From an uncultured delta proteobacterium (GTDB lineage Bacteria > Myxococcota > Kuafuiibacteriia > Kuafuiibacteriales > Kuafuiibacteriaceae), in NCBI GenBank assembly GCA_963803435.1, contig CAWDML010000014.1:1-64000 (forward strand): DNA of 64,000 nucleotides, in the 5' to 3' direction. Both the position numbers and the translations under genes were made by a program. The notes beneath the pieces were generated by a model that saw only the letters and a list, made by a program, of their open reading frames with translations, had not been told where the DNA came from and made no database searches. Numbering within the stretch: the first letter of the stretch is position 1; every line of letters begins with the position of its first letter. This document shows, in pieces, positions 52,443-61,894 of the stretch.

Positions 52443-54142
52443 ATGCGCGTCCGCTCGGTCCTGGTGCTGCTCGCGGTGTGCGCCACGGCCGCCTGCGGCC
52501 GCCGATCGCCGCCAACGATGACATCGCCGAGACCGTGCTCCTGTCCCGCCTCGAGAGCTGCGAGGCCCTCGAGGCGCACCTCGAGGATCGCGCGGTCGAC
52601 GAGCTCGACGCCCAGATCGAGGCGCGCCTCGACACCGGCTTCGATCCGGCACCACCACCGAGAGCCGTGCTCGGCGCGCCCCGCCTCGCCGGCGACGCAC
52701 CGTTCGAGCGGGTCGTGGGCGACCGCGACCGCATCTACGTACTCGACGCCGGCCGCCTCCGCGCCGTCGCGATCGCGCCGCTCGCCGCGGTCGGCTCCGT
52801 CCCGATCGAAGGCGCGCCGCTCGGCGTCATCCCCTCCGGCGATCGCCTCTTCGTGCTCACGCAGAACGGCGCGCGGACGCGGATCACTCTCCTTTCCCGC
52901 GAGGATCTCCGGATCATCGGCGCGCGCGAGCTCGCCGGCCGCGCCCAGCAGGCGATCGCCCTGAGCGGCGGTCTCACGCTCGTCCTCGCCGGCGGCCTTC
53001 GCGCCGCGCCCGCCCTCGACCTGGCGGAGGACCGCACCGAGATCGCCACCGAAGCGTTCAAGCGCGAGCAAGAGGATCAGATCCGGAGCCGCACCCTCGA
53101 CGACTGGCTCGAGCCCGACGATCTGCCCCGGGACTGCGCGTCCTTCGACGTCGCCGGCGCGCCGCTCTACCTCGGCCTCACCCGCATGGTCGTGCTCGAC
53201 CGCGAGCTCTCGGCCTCCTCCCGCACGTTGATCGGGCGCGTCGAGATCAGCACCGCCGACGGCGGCACCGTACTCCTGGCGGCGCCCCATCGCTGGCGCC
53301 TCCCGCGTCCCGGACAGGTCTCGCACAGCTACCTGTTCGCCTTCGACACGGCCACGCTGGACCCGCTGGCGACGGGCGGCCTCGAAGGCACGTTCTCGAA
53401 CGGCGGCGCGCTCGCGATCGCGGGCACCGACGTCCGCGCCGTCGCCACCATCGAGCGGCGCACGTCCGATCCAATCAACGCCTGGGGACAGACGACGCAA
53501 ACGCACCAAATCGATCGGCTCCGGCTCGCCGGCGGCGCGCTCGACGTCGTGGCCACCAGCGCGACCTTCGCGGCGGACAATCCGCTCCTGGTGGTCCGCT
53601 TCCTGGAGGAACGCACGCTCGCAGCCACCGGAGCGCACATCTATTCGGTCGAGGACGCGCACCCGGACGCGATCGAGCGCTTCCTGCTGGCGCGACCAAT
53701 CGATGGTCTCGCCGACGCCGGGGGCGCGCTGTTGTCGATCTCGCGCGACGGCGAGCTGATCTCGGTGGCCACGCTCGATCCCACCGCGCTGGATCGTATG
53801 CTCTCGGCGCGCTCGATCATGGGCGGCAGCTCGGAGTCCGAGCTCACCCTCTCCATCGATAAGGTCGCGCACCTCGTGGCCGTGCCGGAGATCGGAGAGG
53901 CCACCATGACCTTCCCCGCGAGCCCCGCCGTGTCGGTGCGGGTGCTCGCGGTCGACCCGCCCGGGGGCCTCGCCTCGGCCGACTCGATCGACCTCACCCC
54001 GCTGTACGCCGGACGCGCCGAGCCTCCCCACCTCCTCTTCGGCCTGTTCGTCGGCGGACGCGCATTCGGCGTCTCGGACGCCGGCGTGGCCACCCTCGAT
54101 GAGAGCCGGCCGCTGGCCGTCCTGACCCTCGCCTTCGAATAG
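52443..54142 (+). CDS. Beta-propeller-type secreted lipoprotein; frameshift near 52500
   Basis: The signal MRVRSVLVLLAVCATAAC is in one frame. The body (LSRLESCEALEAHL, GDRIYV, GDRLFV) is in ORF 52418..54142. Confidence 0.6.
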
Positions 54143-54541
54143 GCGGCGGCGTGCCGCAAAGGGCCAGCAGGCTTGCTCGGGGAACAACGCCTTCCCCAGC
54201 ACCCGCTACGTCGACTTTGCGCGCCTTGTGGAGCAGCGTGTCCATGCCGCGCGTCCGGAGTTTCCCGTCGCCCAGTGCGTGGGCCTGGGGAGCCGGGCGG
54301 CCTGCCTCGCCGATACGATCTGCCAGGCGAGCTTCGGAGACACACTGGCGCGGATCGCCCGCGAGCTCGTTCTCGTCGATCCCTAGCCCGCCTGCGCGGT
54401 GAGCGCGGCCACGCGCTTGCACCCTTCGGGGTCGCGGTGGAGAACACGGGACGCTTGCTTCATTTTCAGGGCCGGCTTACATGGTCTGCGCCTGCAGGTG
54501 CTTCGGTGACACACCGTCGCCCTGAAACAGGGTTTCTTCGT

Positions 54542-55483
54542 ATGGCTCTGCCCACCGAGAGCGCCAATCCGCCCCGCACGCTGGGCCGCTGGAAGAAGGG
54601 CGCCGTCGCCTTCGTGATCGTCTTCCTGGCCTGGACGCAGTCCACGATCGGCCTCCGACCCGAGCACATCATCCTGATGATCGCGTTCGTGGCGCTGTTC
54701 TACGCCCACAAATCCAGCGCCCACTTTGCGTATCGCGCGCTCCCGTTCTTCGCGGTCGGGATCATCTACGAGAACCTCCGCTGGCTGATGCCGCTCCGCC
54801 CCGAGGTCCACGTCGCGGACCTCTACCACGCGGACCTCCTGCTCTTCGGCATCGGCGGCGAGGTCTTCCCCAAGTTCCTCGAGCACCACACGCACCCGGC
54901 GCTCGATCTGATCTGTGGCCTCTCGTACATGTTCTATCTGATCAGCGTCTTCGCGGTGGGGACCCTGCTCTGGTTCAAGGATCGAACGCGCATGTCGAAG
55001 CTCGCGTTCGGGTTCCTCGTCGTGAACCTCATGGGCATCGTCACCTGGATCAGCCTCCCCACGGCGCCGCCCTGGTACGTCGATCAATACGGCCTGGGCC
55101 CGGCCGTAATGGACGCGATCCCCAGCGCTGCCGGGGCTGCCCGCTTCGATCACCTGGTGGGCCTCCACCTCTTCACCGGCTTCTACTCCCGCAGCGAGAA
55201 CGTGTTCGGGGCCATGCCGTCGCTTCACGTCGGATATCCGACGGTCATCGCCTGCTCGGTCTGGGCGCTCGGCAACCGCTGGCGTCTCCCCGCCGTCGCG
55301 TTCGCGGGATTGATGGCGTTCTCGGCGGTGTACCTCCAACATCACTACGTGCTCGACGTCCTCGCCGGCTCCCTGTACGGGGTCGTGGCGTGGGGCGTGA
55401 CGGTGAGCGTATCGCGGTGGCTGGCGACGTCGTCCCGGGAGCTGGCGAGAGAAGGAAGGGAAACTGAATGTCCGACGTCATGA
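54542..55483 (+). CDS. Inositol-phosphorylceramide synthase-like PAP2 protein (AUR1/IPT1 family)
   Basis: LRPEH, PTAPPWYV, SAAGAARFD, FGAMPSLHVGYP and AVYLQHHYVLDVLAG. Confidence 0.85.
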   Translation: MALPTESANPPRTLGRWKKGAVAFVIVFLAWTQSTIGLRPEHIILMIAFVALFYAHKSSAHFAYRALPFFAVGIIYENLRWLMPLRPEVHVADLYHADLLLFGIGGEVFPKFLEHHTHPALDLICGLSYMFYLISVFAVGTLLWFKDRTRMSKLAFGFLVVNLMGIVTWISLPTAPPWYVDQYGLGPAVMDAIPSAAGAARFDHLVGLHLFTGFYSRSENVFGAMPSLHVGYPTVIACSVWALGNRWRLPAVAFAGLMAFSAVYLQHHYVLDVLAGSLYGVVAWGVTVSVSRWLATSSRELAREGRETECPTS

Positions 55484-56715
55484 GCTGGCTGAGAGGAGAT
55501 CTCTCCACCACCGGCCGTATCGTCAGCGCAGTCGCTCCTGCGCTTCTGCTCGGCTCGTACTTTCTGGTCGGCGCGGTGATCTATCTCGTCCGCCTCCCCT
55601 TCAAGGGTCACTTCGAAGACGCCGAGATCCGCGCGCGCGGCGCCAGCGCCCTGATCGGCATGGGGGCACGGTCGTACTTCGCCTGGGTGATGCGCCCGGT
55701 CTGGCGCATGTTCGAGCGCTTCCAGATCCCGCCGAACGCCGTCACCACGCTCTCGGTCTTGCTCGCCGCCGCCGCCGGGGTCTCGATCGCCGTCGGCCGG
55801 TTCTCCCTGGGCGGCTGGCTCTACCTGTTCGCCGGCGCCTGCGACTTCATCGACGGCCGCCTCGCCCGCATGACCAACCGCGCCAGCCCGGCCGGCGCCG
55901 CCCTCGACTCGACGCTCGATCGCTACGCCGAGTCCGCGGTCCTCGTCGGCCTGGCCTGGTACTACCGGGACAGCTGGGTGCTCCTCGCCGTCCTCGCCGC
56001 GCTGGTCGGCTCGTTCCTCGTCCCGTACATCCGCGCCCGCGGTGAAGGCCTCGGCGTGCAGATGAAGGACATCGGCCTGATGCAGCGGCCCGAGCGCCTC
56101 GTCATCCTCGGCATCGCCGTCGCGTTCAGCCCCATCATCGAGGCCGTCCTGCTCCCCAACGACCACAAGCCGATCCACCGCCTGGCGGTCCTCGCCATCT
56201 GCATCCTCGCCGCCACCACGCAGCTCACGGCGCTCCGCCGGCTGGCGCACGTGATGGAGGTGCTCGATCCCAAGGCCGCCGCTAAGTGGAAGAAGGCCAC
56301 CGGGAAGGGCGGCCTGATCCGCAACCTGATCTCCGCGGGCACCGCCACCGGCGTCGACTTCATGATCGTGCTGATCCTGGTCCAGCTCGCCGGCGGCGAT
56401 CCGCGCCTGGCCACCGCCGCCGGCTGCATCATCGGCGGCATCGTGAACTTCTCGATGAACCGGGTCTGGACCTTCGGGAGCCAGGCCCCGGCGCTCGGTC
56501 AGGCCTGGCGGTACGTCTTCGTGAGCGCCTCCAGCGCGCTCTTGAACAGCGGCGGCGTCGCCGTCCTCCTGTTCCTCCCCGGGCTCGACTATCGGATCGG
56601 CTGGGTGATCGTGCGCGTCGCGGTGTTCCTCGCCTGGAACTACCCGCTCCACCGGGACTACGTGTTCACGGACGCGGACGACGATCTCGACTCCGCCGAG
56701 TCCTTGCCGATCTGA
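55480..56715 (+). CDS. CDP-alcohol phosphatidyltransferase (PIP-synthase-like) fused to a GtrA-like domain
   Basis: PNAVT, DFIDGRLAR...GAALDSTLDRYAE, YIRARGEGLG and GLMQRPER; GtrA-like ATGVDF..VNFSMNRVWTF..WNYPLHRDYVF. The ATGA overlaps the upstream stop (alternative start at 55468). Confidence 0.88.
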   Translation: MSWLRGDLSTTGRIVSAVAPALLLGSYFLVGAVIYLVRLPFKGHFEDAEIRARGASALIGMGARSYFAWVMRPVWRMFERFQIPPNAVTTLSVLLAAAAGVSIAVGRFSLGGWLYLFAGACDFIDGRLARMTNRASPAGAALDSTLDRYAESAVLVGLAWYYRDSWVLLAVLAALVGSFLVPYIRARGEGLGVQMKDIGLMQRPERLVILGIAVAFSPIIEAVLLPNDHKPIHRLAVLAICILAATTQLTALRRLAHVMEVLDPKAAAKWKKATGKGGLIRNLISAGTATGVDFMIVLILVQLAGGDPRLATAAGCIIGGIVNFSMNRVWTFGSQAPALGQAWRYVFVSASSALLNSGGVAVLLFLPGLDYRIGWVIVRVAVFLAWNYPLHRDYVFTDADDDLDSAESLPI

Positions 56716-57719
56716 ACCAGCATCTCGGGTGGCGTGTTGAACACGGCCGTCTTCTTCTGGCGGCCGCGCCAGCCGTCGATGGGTGCGATCGACTGCACGC
56801 ACGACACCGTGCAGTAGGGAGCGCAGCTCTTCTCGGTCTCGAACTCGTGCCGGATGTGGTCCTTCGTGTACTCGAGCAGCGGGATCGCAGGCGACCCGCG
56901 CTGCTGCGAGCAGTAGTGCACCAGGCCGTCCTCGCAGATGTAGAGGTAGCGGGCGCCGGCGCGACACTTCCAGTCGTTGGGGCGGCCGTTGACCAGGTTG
57001 TCCTTGAACTTCACCAGCGGCCCGAACGAGAGGCTGTTCTGGCGCAGCTCGTCGTAGACGGCGCGCTCGTCGTCGGGCAGCGCTTGAAGCTGTCCGTTGC
57101 CGTCGTGGATGATCCCGACGGTGCTGGAGAAGCCGAGGTCGATCGCCCGCTTCGAGACCTCGAGCGCGTCCCGCGAGTTCTTGATCCCGCCGCCGACCAC
57201 CGAGTTGATGTTGACGTCGAAGTCGGCGTGCTGGGCCAGGAGCACCAGCCGCTTGTCGAGCACCTTGAGGCTCTTCTTCGAGACGTCGTCCGGCATCACG
57301 TTGTCGACGCTGATCTGCAGTCGATCGAGCCCGGCCTCGTTGAGGCGGGCGATGCGAGCCTCGCTGAGGAAGTAGCCGTTGGTGAGGAGCTCGGCGAAGA
57401 TCCCGTGGCTCTTGATGTGCCGGTACAGGTCGTCGAGGTCCGGGTGGAGCATCGGCTCGCCCCCGCTGAAGCTGATGATGCGCGCGCCCAGCGTGGCCAG
57501 GTGGTCGATCCGCGCCTTCATCACGTCGGTCGGGACGGGATCCGAGTGGTCGTCGTACTCGTTGCAGTAGGTGCAGGCGAGGTTGCAGCGGCGGCACGGG
57601 ATCATCTGGACCAGGATGGGAAAGTCGGTCCCCAGCAGCCCTTTGGCCCCCGCCATCGCCAGGCGGAGGCGCGCCCGCTTGCGCTTCTTCAGACGTTCGC
57701 GGCTCGGTGTCGCGTCCAC
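56658..57719 (-). CDS. Radical SAM protein with a C-terminal Cys-rich (SPASM/twitch-like) domain
   Basis: CNLACTYC, SGGEPMLHPD, TNG and QISVD; CRAG..LYICEDG.VHYCS...CAPYCTVSC. Confidence 0.9.
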   Translation of the reverse strand: MDATPSRERLKKRKRARLRLAMAGAKGLLGTDFPILVQMIPCRRCNLACTYCNEYDDHSDPVPTDVMKARIDHLATLGARIISFSGGEPMLHPDLDDLYRHIKSHGIFAELLTNGYFLSEARIARLNEAGLDRLQISVDNVMPDDVSKKSLKVLDKRLVLLAQHADFDVNINSVVGGGIKNSRDALEVSKRAIDLGFSSTVGIIHDGNGQLQALPDDERAVYDELRQNSLSFGPLVKFKDNLVNGRPNDWKCRAGARYLYICEDGLVHYCSQQRGSPAIPLLEYTKDHIRHEFETEKSCAPYCTVSCVQSIAPIDGWRGRQKKTAVFNTPPEMLVQIGKDSAESRSSSASVNT

Positions 57720-57759
57720 GAGGATCCCTTGTCACCCTTTCCCGAGCCTCGGCAAGGCT

Positions 57760-58695
57760 TCACTCGTCCGTGATGGTGACCTCGAGGATACCGGGGACTT
57801 TTGCCGTGCTCCCCCGCTCCTCCAGTGTGGCGCGCAGCTCGTACGTCACCGGGTTGCCGATGATCGCCTTCGCCATCGACCCGAGGACACCGTTGCTCTC
57901 GAGGGGCGCGTTGCGACGGATCAACGGCCCCGAGGTGATCCGCCACTCCCCGCCTTCGCCGGCGAACCGGACGCGGAAGGCCTGGCCGCTCCGCTGCACC
58001 ATCAGCCGTTGGACCTCGACCTTGCGCCCCTTCTGATCCCGGTACCAGCCCGAGATCTCGGACTTCGGCGACTGCCGGATCACGGCCACGCGCGAGTCGC
58101 CGCCCTTGAGCGATCGAAACCGCACCCAACCCTTGGCGAGATCACCGGGGAGGATCTTCGATCGGGGATGATCCGCGTAGCCGAAGCCAGTAAGACGCTC
58201 GGTCTTGCCGTCCTTCTCGAGGATGAGCTCGGCCTTGGCCCACGGCACCAGCAGATCGAGCTGGTAGAAGTCGTCCTTCGCGCGGACCGAGAGGGCGCTC
58301 TCCCGCGACTTCCGGGTGTCCGCGTAGAGCGTCAGTCGAGCGTTGATGCCGTCGAGCGGGATCGTCATGACCAGCGCCTCGCCGGCCCTCGCCTCGCACG
58401 GTCCGATCTTCAACCGCTCGGGCTCCGAGACTCGCTGATCGCGCTCGACGATCGTGTGCGCCGTCAGCACTTGCCCGGACGGGCGCGACACGAACAGCTC
58501 GCAGGCGCCCTTACCATCGCCGGGCCCGACGTTGCTCACGCCGAAGAGCAGCTTGGCGTAGGTGCCGTCGGACAGATCCGCGATCGCCACCACTTGCTCG
58601 GTGTACTTCTCGTCGCCGAGCTCTTCGAGCTCGAGGGGCCCCTTCGCGAAGGCCGCGTTCGGAAGCGACAGGAGGAGGATGAGCGCGAGTCTCAT
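57760..58695 (-). CDS. Secreted beta-rich hypothetical protein (possibly AttH/lipocalin-like fold)
   Basis: Signal peptide, YTEQ and GFGYADH motif. Confidence 0.7.
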   Translation of the reverse strand: MRLALILLLSLPNAAFAKGPLELEELGDEKYTEQVVAIADLSDGTYAKLLFGVSNVGPGDGKGACELFVSRPSGQVLTAHTIVERDQRVSEPERLKIGPCEARAGEALVMTIPLDGINARLTLYADTRKSRESALSVRAKDDFYQLDLLVPWAKAELILEKDGKTERLTGFGYADHPRSKILPGDLAKGWVRFRSLKGGDSRVAVIRQSPKSEISGWYRDQKGRKVEVQRLMVQRSGQAFRVRFAGEGGEWRITSGPLIRRNAPLESNGVLGSMAKAIIGNPVTYELRATLEERGSTAKVPGILEVTITDE

Positions 58696-58705
58696 GGCGC
58701 GGAGG

Positions 58706-59881
58706 TTAGATGAACGCGCGGGCAGCGGCGAGAAGTCCTGCCGCCATCAACCCCGCGGCGACGTCGTCGAGCATCACACCGGCCGGGTTCTTCATGCGAC
58801 GGTCGATGATCCCCACGGGGAACGGCTTCCAGATGTCGAAGATCCGGAACAGAACGAAGCCGGCCGCCACCCACGGCCACTCCCACGGCACCACCGCGAA
58901 CGCCAAGAGGACACCGATGTGCTCGTCGAGGACGACCTCCTTCGGATCGAGATCGCCCGTCTTCCCCGCCATGTACCAGTATGCGACGCCGATCGACGCC
59001 AGCGTGCCCGCCGCCAGGATCAAGGCCCGCAGCGTCGGGTCGACCGACGACAAGAGCCAGCCCACCGGGATCGCGGTCACAGCCCCGGCGGTGCCCGAAC
59101 CCTTGGGTGCGTAGCCGGCGCCGAAGCAAGTGGCGAGATCGGCGGCGGCCCGCCCGGGGACAGCGGCTCGGATGCGCGCCAAGCTCGCCGATGAGCGCGC
59201 CCACAAGAGCACGAACGCCAGCACGGCGGCGACCGCGAGCGGGCCCTGAGGGCGGAGCGCGGCGCCGGCCAAAAAGGCGCTCGCCAGCGTGAGGAGCCCG
59301 AGGAGGGAGCCGATCCAGGCGGCCAGGATCGCGAGCCCCACCGCCGCCGCCAGCGCCTGGAGGTCATCCGGCGAGGCTCCTCGCGCGATCGCCACCGAGA
59401 ACGCGCCCGAGGCGAGACACCAGAAGATCCACGGAGACCAGCGATCGAGCGGGTGCACCTCCGCGGTCCGCGCGACCGTCGGACCGATCAGGATCCCCGC
59501 GAGCGATCCGAGGAGGAGCGGGAGCGACATCTCGAGCAGCAGCTGGCGATAGAGGAGCGCCGTGACGGCGCAGGCGGCGGCGAACGCGATCACAGGCCGG
59601 AGGGCGCCCTCGTCTCGTCCGATCCGATCCGCGATCACCCACGCCGCCCCCGCGGCCGGAGCGAGCGACGCGCCGGCCGCCACCGCCAGCAGCGCGCCCA
59701 GCCCCGCCGCGGCCGCCGCCATCAGCGCGCGGGACAGCGAGCGATCGAGGAGCAGCGAGACGACTGGAGCGATCAACACCACCAGCGCCTCGAGCGGCGG
59801 CGGACGTCCCAGCCGCCAGCCGATCGCGAGGGCCGCGAGGGCCGCGATCAGCGCCGAGAGTCTGAGGACCTTCGTGATCAC
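58706..59881 (-). CDS. pgpA: Phosphatidylglycerophosphatase A-family protein with a long N-terminal multi-TM extension
   Basis: GAGYAPKGSGTAGA, DPKEVVLDEHIG and FRIFDIWKPFPV..D...GVMLDDVAAG. Confidence 0.82.
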   Translation of the reverse strand: MITKVLRLSALIAALAALAIGWRLGRPPPLEALVVLIAPVVSLLLDRSLSRALMAAAAAGLGALLAVAAGASLAPAAGAAWVIADRIGRDEGALRPVIAFAAACAVTALLYRQLLLEMSLPLLLGSLAGILIGPTVARTAEVHPLDRWSPWIFWCLASGAFSVAIARGASPDDLQALAAAVGLAILAAWIGSLLGLLTLASAFLAGAALRPQGPLAVAAVLAFVLLWARSSASLARIRAAVPGRAAADLATCFGAGYAPKGSGTAGAVTAIPVGWLLSSVDPTLRALILAAGTLASIGVAYWYMAGKTGDLDPKEVVLDEHIGVLLAFAVVPWEWPWVAAGFVLFRIFDIWKPFPVGIIDRRMKNPAGVMLDDVAAGLMAAGLLAAARAFI

Positions 59882-59883
59882 AC

Positions 59884-60585
59884 TCAGTCGGTGATGTCCG
59901 GCAGGACCTTCCTACCTTGCGAGAGCCGCCACAACATCAAGACGGCGGCGCCTCCGACAGCGAAGGCGACCAGATAGACCCGCGGGATCATCAGCTTCTC
60001 TCCGAGCCACGCGTAGACGTACATGCGCGGGAAGCGTCCGATCGCGGTGGCGATCATGAAGTTTCGCGTCCGGTACTTGCGCAGGATCGCGAGGCAGCGG
60101 CAGACCCAGAACGGGAACGGCGTGGCGGCGCAGACGACGATGGTCGCGAAGGGATACTTGGCGAAGTACGCCATCCCCTTCTGCGTCCACCGATTGGTGC
60201 GCAGCTTCTCGAGCTTCTTGAAGGAGAGTATCCACTGGTAGATGTGCCAGTTGAGGTACTCCATGTACATGTAGACGACGAGCGAGACGAGCGCGACGTC
60301 GATCGCAGGATGGTACTTGGCGGCCTCCCACATGACGGGCTCGAAGGCCGTGGGAAGGATCGGTCCGAGCGGTCCGTTGGCTGGCAAGCCCACCACCGCG
60401 AGCCACACCAGCGCAGAATAGTCGGGGAAGTAGAGCGCGATCGGGATGAGCACCAAGCCCGCAGCCGCCGTCCCGCGAATGAAGATGTCCCACCGTCGAT
60501 CTCCGCGCGGCCGCACCAGCGCGCGCAGGACACCCGAGATCGTCCATCGGGGCGCGACGGCGGCCGTGTTCTGGTCGGTGGTCAT
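59884..60585 (-). CDS. VTT/DedA (YqaA-like) membrane protein
   Basis: PTAFEP, AATPFPF and F.IATAIGRFPRM..YAWLG. Confidence 0.78.
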   Translation of the reverse strand: MTTDQNTAAVAPRWTISGVLRALVRPRGDRRWDIFIRGTAAAGLVLIPIALYFPDYSALVWLAVVGLPANGPLGPILPTAFEPVMWEAAKYHPAIDVALVSLVVYMYMEYLNWHIYQWILSFKKLEKLRTNRWTQKGMAYFAKYPFATIVVCAATPFPFWVCRCLAILRKYRTRNFMIATAIGRFPRMYVYAWLGEKLMIPRVYLVAFAVGGAAVLMLWRLSQGRKVLPDITD

Positions 60586-60721
60586 TCTCTCGACGCCTAC
60601 ACGCACCCCACCGAACGAGCAACCCATTCGTCCGTGACGGTCCCCCCGGCTGGACATAACCGGGTTTCCGACGACGGGCCCTGACCTCGAGCGTGACCGC
60701 GCTTTCTGCGTCGCACGGTTC

Positions 60722-61249
60722 TCACTCGCGAAACGCGAGACCCACGCCGACGCCACCGGCGCCGAGATCGACCGGCGCCACCGACCAGACCCCGCCGCGC
60801 GGGCCGTCGAGGATCTGCATCCGCCGCAGCGCGCGGTGGGACTGGAGCAGGTTGATCACGCCGAGCACCAGGTTCCATCCGCCGAGGAGCGCGGTAGCCA
60901 CGCCATAGGCGGCGACCCAGGGATCGCTGCGGCCGGTGAGACCGCTGGCGATCGAGAGCGCGCCGAACGTGAGCTGAGCGCCGCCGGTCACCGTTCCCGC
61001 GATCGCCCAGCGGGGATTGGGCAGCTCGGAGCCGACGCCCATGGTGGTCCCGACCGCGGGAAAGAGGCCTGCCACGTTCGCCAGGGTCGCGCCGGTCGCC
61101 AGCACCACCGTATCGACGCGGCCGTCGAGGACCTCTTGAGCGCCGACCTGGGTCGGGATCAGCGCGAGCGCCAGAGCCACCGCTGTGAACACCACCGTCC
61201 GTGAAGACCGAGCCCTCGCGCGCCGGCGGAAAAACGTGCGCGCCCGCAT
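60722..61249 (-). CDS. Hypothetical exported/membrane protein
   Basis: Signal peptide, hydrophobic helices and a C-terminal VAPV..GGVGVGLAF tail. Confidence 0.6.
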   Translation of the reverse strand: MRARTFFRRRARARSSRTVVFTAVALALALIPTQVGAQEVLDGRVDTVVLATGATLANVAGLFPAVGTTMGVGSELPNPRWAIAGTVTGGAQLTFGALSIASGLTGRSDPWVAAYGVATALLGGWNLVLGVINLLQSHRALRRMQILDGPRGGVWSVAPVDLGAGGVGVGLAFRE

Positions 61250-61339
61250 GCGCACCAGGACTGCAGCGCGCGGGCCAGCCGGGCGGGACGCGGAAAACCG
61301 CGCTCGGATGTCACGAGGTGCGACGGATGGGACGCGCGG

Positions 61340-61894
61340 TCACCGGCGGAGATCGTCCGACAGCGCCTGTCGCTGCGGGCCGGTGAGCACGACTCGAACG
61401 TCGAGCGCCGGATGATCGATCCCGAACGCGACCGCGGGACGGCCCGCGAGCGCGAACTTGAGGAACTGGACCGACGACACCCGATCACCACCGACCTGCC
61501 GGGAATCGAAGGTCGCGCGCACGCGCTCGCCGCTCTCCAGCTCCGCGTAGACGTGCTGCGGAAGCGTCAGCCACTCGCGCAGCTTGACGTCGCGATGGGC
61601 CGGATCGTCGATCTCGATCAGGAGGGTGCAGCCGAGGCCGCCGTCGTCGCCGAGGATCTCGTTGTACGTGTCGAGCTCGTGCTGGATCTCCGACTCCCGC
61701 ACCATGCGCTCCACGCGGACCATCTCCTGGATCTGATAGCGGACCGTCTCGGTGGTCTCGAAGAGCAGCGTCACGTGCTCTCCCAGGTGGATCCGGCGCG
61801 GCTCCTTCTCGATGAGCACACGATCGCGGAGCTCGACGCGGACGTCCTCGTAGGTGGCGAAGTCGATGATCTCCTCACGTCTCACTCTTTTCAC
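61340..61894 (-). CDS. DUF3501 family protein
   Basis: K.PRRIHLGEHVTLLFET.ETVRYQIQEMVRVE, ELDTYN, TLLIEI and SSVQFLKF; located in the rubrerythrin operon. Confidence 0.88.
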   Translation of the reverse strand: MKRVRREEIIDFATYEDVRVELRDRVLIEKEPRRIHLGEHVTLLFETTETVRYQIQEMVRVERMVRESEIQHELDTYNEILGDDGGLGCTLLIEIDDPAHRDVKLREWLTLPQHVYAELESGERVRATFDSRQVGGDRVSSVQFLKFALAGRPAVAFGIDHPALDVRVVLTGPQRQALSDDLRR

